Below are positions 55,401 through 64,000 of a DNA stretch of 64,000 nt, piece after piece (position 1 is the stretch's first letter; every line of letters starts with the position of its first letter). The stretch lies in assembly GCA_032718475.1 (NCBI GenBank), contig JAUCBJ010009060.1:1-64000 (forward strand), read 5' to 3'. The stretch comes from Nemertoderma westbladi. Lineage: Eukaryota > Animalia > Xenacoelomorpha. The notes beneath the pieces are model-generated. The model saw only the letters and a list, made by a program, of their open reading frames with translations. It did no database searches and had not been told where the DNA came from. Made by a program: the position numbers and the translations under genes.

Positions 55401-57103
55401 AGGCTCATCTACTATAGTAGGGAGTCTTTCTATTTTAATTATTTGGTCTGTGGGCTCTGTACTACCTAAGTTGGTGTTATTTAGTTGCCTTCTAACAGCT
55501 GGAGGCAAATCAGGCAATTTCTGACGGTGGAATGTTCTTTTACGTCTGCTTAGACGAGATCTATTTCCTTTGCCTTCAGTATCGGTGGTATCGCCTTCTT
55601 CAGATGATGTATATCCCTGTCTTTTGGGAGTAGATCGATTCATCATCTGCATATTACTAGCTGTTAACTGTTTATTTATGCAGTCTTGATTCTCCTGAAT
55701 GTTTTCCAATTCTAATTGGGTGATTTCTTCCGCCGCTCTACGTTCTGCTTCTGCCACTGCCATTTCCGCTTTTCTTTTCATTTCGGCTGCTTTTCTTTTC
55801 GCTTCTGCCTCTGCCGCTGCCGCCTTTGCTTCTGCTGCTGTCGCTGCCGCTTTTCTTTCCATCTCGGCTGCTTTACTTTCCTCTTCGGCTGCTTTCCTTT
55901 CTGCTTCGGCAGCTGCTACTGCTGCTTTCTTTCTGTCTTCTATACGTTTTTTCTTTACTTGTTCTTCTTGGACTCGTGTCAGGCGGAGTTGTTCATCAAA
56001 TTTAGCCTGATTCGCAGCCCTCATTTCCACATCGATGGCATCCAACACACGCTGAGTTCCTTCGCTATTAGGGCTAAGTCCATCTAACCTTCTCCTCAAC
56101 TCGTCATCACCTAAAAAACGTTGATAGTCTGACAGATAGATGTCAATGGCATCCCTCTTATGCGGCTTCTCTGCCGTCGCCTCACTTTCCACTTGGAAAA
56201 AGTAGCGTCTGTGGATTCTCCATGGGTTGAGCGCTCCTCCAGCTGAGCTTTCCACTGAGCTGTTCCTTGAACTTGGCGACTCACCCATTGAAACCAAGTC
56301 TTTACGGCAACTTGCAACGACGTGTCTTGTCTTCTTTTAGAAGCCTCTTCAAAGGCTGATAATATTAACCTTATTCGCAGAATTCTTTCTCTTACTTGAT
56401 AAAGCAGCTTTCCCTGCTCTTGAGGTCCCTGAGGTGGTTGCAACAGTTGTCTTTATACTCGCTCCATAGAGCTGAAGAATCCTTGTGCGTATCCGGCTGC
56501 GGACCTCTTCCATACAGCTGGATCGATAGTTTCCCTGGCTACTCCCATCCGGTGTATGTCTTCCCAGGCAGCTTCTGATAAATCAAACGGGAGTCCGGGT
56601 CCGGGGAAGTTCCATTGCGACTCGACCATGGACTTCAGTTCTTCCCTTGTATACCCAGCATAACTATCTCTAGTTGAGCGCTGACTTCTCGCCCAATCGA
56701 TCTGGTGTTCTTCCACAGCGATCAATAACCTAGTGAGTACGGCTGCAGGAAGGATGAGAAGGGGATCCGAATAAACCTCATCCGTCATCCTTGCTCCACG
56801 CTCGGGTGTCAGTTCTACCGTATCCTCACTACTGGAGCTATCGGGCCGCTGAGAAATAAGTTCTTGGCTCGCGGGTTGTTGCTGTTCCGCTGCTTCTTGG
56901 TCCCGCTTGACCTGAGCTCGAGTGCCTATGATAGACCTACGATGTTGGACCAGCCTAGGTTCTGTTATTACTACAGGAGGGATGACCTTCCTCACAGTGG
57001 GAGGTGAACTGAACTTACGACTAGACGGTTCTACGCCTCTATCTGAGTCGCAGATAGTTACATCTAATAAACTGTCTGACAGGTTCTGCTTAGTATCAGA
57101 CAT
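52401..57103 (-). pseudogene. Duplicated gag-pro copy with a nonsense change (~56455) and a 1-bp deletion (~56196)
   Basis: Split into ORFs 56453-57103, 56111-56443 and 52401-56297; ends ...EKRIAQVAGL* at the junction. Confidence 0.85.
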
Positions 57104-57899
57104 GTTTATGTGTACAGTTGAATGTCTACTGCTGTATTACAGTCTAAGCAAGTCTAGTAATTCAGTATTAGCTGCTAGCCTAGTAATTAATTACCGGTAC
57201 TGCTACTCAGTGTAGTAGGATATATATATAATATCTTAGAACACCGGTATGCTTATGGTATATATAACTATATAAGTATTATTACAGACTAGGTTTATCA
57301 CAGAATACTGGTATAATTTTAGCACAAATATATATAAATATATAATAGGCCTATCGGGAATACCGGTATACAGCTTACAGTTTGCAGTATATAATTCTGG
57401 ACTAGAATTAATTACAAGTACCGGTATAATTTCAGCCTAAATTTATAGAAATAAAGATAATAGGCCTATCGTAAATACCGGTATATCAATTATTTTAAAT
57501 AATTGAATTTCTGAAATTTTTGGGTTACTTGGTTACTTTACTTACTTTATTACCGTTATTTGAGCAGTAGTCCAACTGATATTGAGACCTAATTGTTGTA
57601 TGGTAGGTCTACTATTTATAAATCGTGAGATTTGATTTATAATATATATATACCCGTTTTAATGGGTTTTGTCAATGTTTGAAATAAATGTTATTATTTC
57701 TGGGGAGTAATCACTACACAAAGCGGTGCGCTTTCAGTGAAGTGTTACTTATAGGACACTAAAACAAATAATGCTAATTTACCTAAGTTACTTAATACTA
57801 CAAATTACGTACAATTCGGGTGAGATTACAATCTCTAAATAAACACAAAAATTTACAAAAACACAAAATACGAATTTTCAGGGTAATTTTACAAGAAGT

Positions 57900-60800
57900 C
57901 TACAAACCAGCCACTTGAGCAATTCTTTTCTCCGCCAAGGGTCTGTTGTTTACGAGCTTTGGTTCTCGCTTTCGGAAAGGTAGACCGATCTCATATCTAC
58001 CTTGATCTTTAAGAAAACGTGTCGTTGTCTCTTGGATCTGCTTGGCTCTTTCTTCCTCTACCGATAGGGCCTTATCGTAGGAATTGGGCTCTACAGCCTC
58101 TTGAGTAAAGAATCGTACAGCATGTTCATCTCGAGTCTTGGCATTGCAACGCTCAATGACGTCATTTAACTCGTCGTTATAAGCTTCTCGTTCAGTTGGA
58201 TAAAGAAGTTGACATAAGTTCACTTGGTTTTGCCAAGCCTCGTTTTCCTTAAGGAGATCGATGGTATTCTCCTCATCAAAAAGCTGGTGAATGTCGTCGT
58301 TATCTGAGGAGTATGGGGTTCCCTCAGTTAAATCGTCTCCCTCACTAGTATCATCTTCCCATTCACTCACCTGGCAGACGCTCTCTTGCGGTAGTCTTTC
58401 TCTGAGTGTTCTACGGGAAGGGCCAGTAAAGTACCAACCTACTCTAGTTCTTACCGCATAGGTCTGTAGTGGCTGCGGTTGAGCAGGCCGTTTCTCTAAT
58501 GTCTCCAGCGCCTCGTGCGCGTTTTGGCCGATGAGTATTTGCACTCCAGGATAATCAGTCTGGAATCGAGGTATCTTAAGATGTTGGATGCTCTCATCCT
58601 CGTCCCAATTATAAAGGTCTGCTTGAGTAGTAGCGAAGTTCTTTATAGCCACCATTTTCACTGACCTTATGCTATGTTCTCCTAGTTCGTCCTGGGGGGT
58701 GGACAACGCGCCTACATAATAGTCCGCTGTTACTGTAGATTTCCAAACTTGCATAATGCCTGACATATTTAGCTTGGTTCGGAACTTAGGTTGTCCAGCG
58801 AAGATATCTTCGGCTAGTTCTTTATCAATGAATGTTCCTGTGCTGCCGGAGTCCAGGAGGGCGTTGACTATATAGCTCCTTTGAGGTCCATGGACCCGTA
58901 ACTGGACTACAGGAAATTCTCGGATTCCTACATTGGAAGTTGGTGCTTTCCACGATGGTTGTCGCTCAGAAGTAGTTAGAATAAAGTCGCTGTCTGTATC
59001 CTTTTCATATGTGAGTGCTCGATACACTGCGGTATTTATCATGTAACAGGATTCGTTTTCGTCGGAGAACTCGTCCGTATAGAATCCTTCCATCTCAGAT
59101 TGATCAGTGTCGTTCACATCACTGAATTGGACATGTAGTTCGGAATCACTTACCTGATTAGGACTATTTCGATCGAATTCAGCGTGCAACAAGATATGAT
59201 GTTTCGCACCACACTTTGCACACCTTATGTCTGAGTAACAGGTTCGCCGTTGATGTCCTTGTCTGAGGCAGTTATAACACAACCGCTTGTCCCACATGAC
59301 TTCACGCCTCTCAGTTAATGATTTCTTTAGAAATTCATCACACCTATTCAAATGGTGGGTCCCGTCACACAGCGCACATTTCGGTTTGATGTTACTTACC
59401 TTATTCTGAGTCACATTGTGTACACTTGCCTTTTCTTCGGGCTTTCTCACCTGAATTCTCTTGGGAGACGTAGGAGGAGTTTTTCTTACCTGTTCTCTCC
59501 TGTCATTTGTTCGAGACTTGAATTTACTTACCTGATCTTTAGGCATTTTATTTACGTAATAAGATCTCTCAGTGTCCTTCCCGCTATCTTCTCCTGGAGA
59601 AGTCTGGCTTTCGCCGTCGTCTGTATAACACACTGGTGTTACCTTTCTCCTAGAGACGGGTTTTTCACTTACCTTGTTTTCCGGTGTCTTCTCTCTGGAC
59701 AGTTTCAGGAGCTGTAATTTCACTTCTCCATCTAGGAATGACATGAGATCAGCCATGGTAGGGTCTCGTCGTTGTTGTTCCATCATATATAACACTTTCT
59801 TATCCCAGCGTGTACCTACTCCACCCTTCGGCAAAGTAGAAGCCACTGCTCTAATAACCATAGTGTTCTGATACTCATGAGACTTACCTAGCCAATCTAA
59901 TTGTCTGCAGATCTCCTGGATCTCATCAGAAAACTCGATAATCCCGCTGCTAATAAACTTTCGGGGCGCTACCAACTTTGCATACAAATACCCAGCGATG
60001 TTATTCCTATTACCATACCTGATGTTTAGTGTATCCCAAACTTGTCTTAATCCGTCTGGATGTCCAATAAACTTTAACGCCATTAACTTGGGAGATCCTT
60101 CCAAGCACTCGATGAGGTATCTAAGTTTTTCTCCATTAGATAGTACAGAGTTCTGTATGTTATCTTTGTAATATTCATTAAAAGGTAACCATTTCATCTC
60201 ATCTCCATTGAACTTGACGATCTCTCCCACCTTTACCGCTTGCCGGGCTTCGGTTCTAGCCATTTGACGCGTAAAACTTTCTTGGGCCATCGTGTTATTT
60301 AATATCGAGTTATCGGTATATAAATTTCTCGGATTATGATCAGGTCTATAGGGAATGTCATTATCAACAGGTCTATAATTACCCTTAATAGGGTTCACTA
60401 TAGGAGTTTCTACTTCGCTAGCAGTATAGATGCGTGTAGGCTCCACACCTTGCGCATGAGATACTTCAGACCTAACAGGTTGACACATTGTTACAGAGGG
60501 TGGTGGTATACCCTTTTGGGTATTTACTAATTTATCGCGTTCTAGCGCGATACTTTGCTGCACTTCTTGCAACTCTAGCCTACTTTCCCTTACTGTGCCC
60601 TTGAATTGCTGAACAGTCTCCTGCATTTGTCCGAGCAGGAGATCCATCCCCCGCCGTCTCTCGTCCACCCATTCGACCGCCGAAGCGGGAGTCGCCAACG
60701 TTGTAGCGGGCGGACGAGGGACAACGGGCGACAAATTATGAATATTTCGCTCGGAGTCTAGGACCTGAACTGTTTCCTGGGCAGTTCTGCTGGGCACAGG

Positions 60801-61305
60801 TAGCTTAGTGCTATGCAGAGGGAATTTGGAGGTAGCTTCAGGGAGCACAGGTGTGTCTATCACCGAAGGGGTGATTTCAAGAACAGGCCTAATTATTTCA
60901 GGCTCATCTACTATAGTAGGGAGTCTTTCTATTTTAATTATTTGGTCTGTGGGCTCTGTACTACCTAAGTTGGTGTTATTTAGTTGCCTTCTAACAGCTG
61001 GAGGCAAATCAGGCAATTTCTGACGGTGGAATGTTCTTTTACGTCTGCTTAGACGAGATCTATTTCCTTTGCCTTCAGTATCGGTGGTATCGCCTTCTTC
61101 AGATGATGTATATCCCTGTCTTTTGGGAGTAGATCGATTCATCATCTGCATATTACTAGCTGTTAACTGTTTATTTATGCAGTCTTGATTCTCCTGAATG
61201 TTTTCCAATTCTAATTGGGTGATTTCTTCCGCCGCTCTACGTTCTGCTTCTGCCACTGCCATTTCCGCTTTTCTTTTCATTTCGGCTGCTTTTCTTTTCG
61301 CTTCT
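57900..61305 (-). CDS. Duplicated Gag-protease copy truncated at the start of RT; 5' part lost in the assembly gap
   Basis: Open up to the gap, nearly identical to the main polyprotein, ends ...EKRIAQVAGL*. Confidence 0.7.
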
Positions 61306-61405
61306 NNNNNNNNNNNNNNNNNNNNNNNNNNNNNNNNNNNNNNNNNNNNNNNNNNNNNNNNNNNNNNNNNNNNNNNNNNNNNNNNNNNNNNNNNNNNNNN
61401 NNNNN
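61306..61405. other. Assembly gap (100 N)
   Basis: Run of N. Sequence resumes ~25 bp before the repeat-unit junction, so array copy number is unresolved. Confidence 0.99.
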
Positions 61406-62865
61406 TTTACAAGAAGTCTACAAACCAGCCTAACAAAGGGTTAGAATCTGGTTATTACAACTGACAGGGTACTGCGGTATTTGAAAATAATACGTAGTAG
61501 TAAATACACTGCGTTGTCCAGATAGGAAAATACCACCGCTTGACGACCTATAGCCGTATCGCTATAGGTACTACGTTATGTATCACGGAGTGTTCCTACC
61601 TAGAAGCTAATAGAGCTAATCGAACGTGCCTATCAACCACTTTACAACACAAATATAAAGTCTACACTAATTATTTTCGGAAAGCACTGTACACTAAACC
61701 CTAAATTAGGTACGAGTACTTGTACAACATATAATCAGTAGTTAAATATACTTGAACAGCTAAAAGAACCACGGCATCTGCTGGAGTGACCGATGCACAA
61801 AATCACCAGTCTTTACCTACGCCAAGCAGCCCGTGTAGTACCGGGGTTAATTTAACTATAGCGGTATGTATAACAAACACAATTACTGTAGGAACAAACT
61901 TTGGGATATGAATGTTGCGGATAATCGCATAAACTCTGAATAATAAATATTACGCTACGCGTACAAACCACTCAAACAAAATGCAGACTAAATACTGACA
62001 GACTACTATCAAGCCTAAATAAACTACAGGACATGCAGACTCCGAAATGATTAGGTAGTATGCGTTCTAACCCAGTAGTACGACTTATTCTTTAGACGGG
62101 GGTTTACCTTACAGCTTTGGCTGCCCCTACTTCCCAACCGTTCTTTATCGGACAAGGGCTCTACACATACTGTAATCCGTTCAGACCTAACAACAGCCAG
62201 ACAACTATCCAGCCTACAAATTATCTAAATAAATATTATACGCTACCTGTACAGACTACACAAACAAAGTACAGACTAAACGATGGCAGACTACTCTCAA
62301 GCCTAAATAAACTGCAGGACATGCAGACTCCGAAATGATTAGGTAGTATGCGTTCTAACCCAGTAGTACGACTTATTCTTTAGTTGGGGGTTTACCTTAC
62401 AGCATTGGCTGCCCCTACTTCCTAACCATTCTTTATCGGACAGGTGACCTACATACACTGCAATCCGTTCAGACTTAACAGCAATCAGACAACAGCCCAG
62501 CCTACAAATTGTCTGTACAATATGATCAGGCTTACAAGCCTTCTGTTCAATACTGGCCTACAAATAAATAAAACTGACAGAAATAGGCCTAAGTAAAATC
62601 CCAATAAAAACCAGGCATCCCCGATTAATTATTAAGACCTACCGGCATATAATAATCAAATCGAATAATACTAATGTACTTATACGGAAGTACCGGTTAG
62701 GACAGTTAGGCCTACCGACCTACTGAAGTACCGATTCTGGCAGTTGGACCTACGGGCCTACGGCAGTACCGGTTCTGGCAGTTGGGCCTACTGACCTACA
62801 GATGGACCGTTGGTTTACCGGTTGACCGGTACTTTCAACTTTATTGCTTACTGCAATAAAGAAGC

Positions 62866-62946
62866 TATATCCGTTATTGTTCTTACCAGAACAATATTAA
62901 ACTGTATTTAATGCCTACACTGCAATACAGACTAAATATCTGTTAT
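62866..62946 (-). promoter_or_regulatory. Duplicated non-tRNA PBS of element 2 (ATAACAGATAT at 62936-62946; ATAACGGATATA at 62866-62877)
   Basis: Both follow GAACA on the minus strand and are complementary to the LTR-internal site at 63699-63710 / 39952-39963. Confidence 0.7.
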
Positions 62947-64000
62947 TGTTCGCGCCTTCAGACCTTTGGCAGTTTAACCCGCCAAATTAGGATCTCTGTT
63001 AGATAATAAATCACCTTTAGCCTATGACAAATACTTGATTCACTACACTAGTCGAAACCAATCTGTGCGCGATCATTCACCCGCTGGATATACCCGGGAG
63101 ATTGGATTCGACGGCTTAATTTTATTGCTATGTAAGCCTAATGTATTATTCGACTGACAGTATTATATAATCTCTGACAATATTATTCACCTTCGGGAAA
63201 TATTAACAGTTCCTTTAGGACGTGGCGCTCTATCTATATAAACAGAGTTATGACTTAAACTACTCACAACGATATGGCTTAGTTATAATTCACATATATG
63301 GCGCATTCTTTAGGAAATGCTTCGTTATCAGTCTCACTCATACACAATGCTGCACAATACTGCACACTAATCTGCCGATCTTCACTGATTTTAATCACAT
63401 ATAAAAGGAACACAGGCCGACTCATGTAGGGTCTATCAAATAACATTAGATTTCACTTCAAACCACTTTAACATAAGTCACAATCGTTATATATAACCTT
63501 TCTCTCTTACCTTCGGTATATCAAGAATATTGGGTTTTCGGGGTTATTTATCGTTATTCCAAATATAATAATTCATCAACCAAATTATGAAGAACTGACA
63601 GTAAATAGCAGTATAACAATATAAAGTAAGCACAGTATGGGCCAGTTAAGCAGTGTTAACCGGTGCAGATAACATTGAGTTACCCAGTGTGATGTCAGAT
63701 AACGGATATATGTCCTTATAATTAAGCCTACTAGTGTTAGGCTAAAACAGAAAAGCACAAATATTCCAAAAGCCGGTTCTTAGGCTCTGGGCAAAAACAT
63801 AACACTGAACACTGATAAGAATAACTATAAGAATACCAGCTACCCTTATTCTACAAGATCTCACTCACCACAGAGAATGAGCATACAGATAGGAAATTCA
63901 GTTCAGTAGATCTGTGATAGGTCAAAATCAAAACCAACTCAAATCCTATTGGCAGATACAGAAAGCAGGGCTATGGGGCAACCTTCCCAAGCTGGTTGGA
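62947..64000 (-). repeat. 5' LTR of BEL element 2 (incomplete in window)
   Basis: Direct repeat of 39201-~40253. Confidence 0.95.

Larger units (their letters stand above)
46915..61305 (-). repeat. Tandem array of a ~5.5-kb unit (0.8 kb of leader + gag + protease + start of RT), at least 3 copies
   Basis: Units offset by 5499-5500 bp (ORF ends 52401 and 57900); junction ACAAACCAGCC|ACTTGAGCAATT at ~52413 and ~57912. Confidence 0.9.
39201..64000 (-). mobile_element. BEL/Pao LTR retrotransposon 2 with an intact polyprotein and internal tandem duplications; runs past the window end
   Basis: LTRs 39201-40411 and 62947->64000 differ by about 6 substitutions and 1 indel over the visible ~1.05 kb. 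Left flank is GAAGC; the matching TSD would lie outside the window. Confidence 0.95.

Overview
AT-rich eukaryotic (animal-like, probably invertebrate) genomic DNA; nothing prokaryotic. The only host genes are a tail-to-tail pair of type IIA topoisomerase genes: an intact intronless TOP2 at 8104-12786 (-) and the 3' end of a near-identical copy at 1-477 (+). The rest is a nested transposon cluster. It holds two related BEL/Pao LTR retrotransposons on the minus strand: an internally deleted Gag-PR-only copy at 14925-26105 with an ATATT TSD, and a copy from 39201 to beyond 64000 with an intact 2706-aa polyprotein plus tandem 5.5-kb gag-pro duplications and a 100-N gap. It also holds an intact Kolobok-like DDE transposon nested in a TA-flanked TIR element, several MITE/foldback elements, a 5'-truncated LINE with a 13-bp TSD, a Gypsy RT/RNase H relic, a SINE relic and a Merlin-like relic. 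Three observations stand out. (1) Both BEL/Pao elements lack a TGG/tRNA primer-binding site; the 11-12 nt after the 5' LTR (ATAAC...) are instead complementary to a site inside their own LTR, and the two sites co-vary between subfamilies, suggesting Tf1-like self-priming in a BEL/Pao lineage. (2) Three tandem histone-mRNA-type 3' stem-loops lie downstream of a Merlin-like transposase relic. (3) A covarying rod-like RNA hairpin and a decayed extra ORF lie in the 3-kb post-pol region. All comparisons were made by eye; no searches were run.
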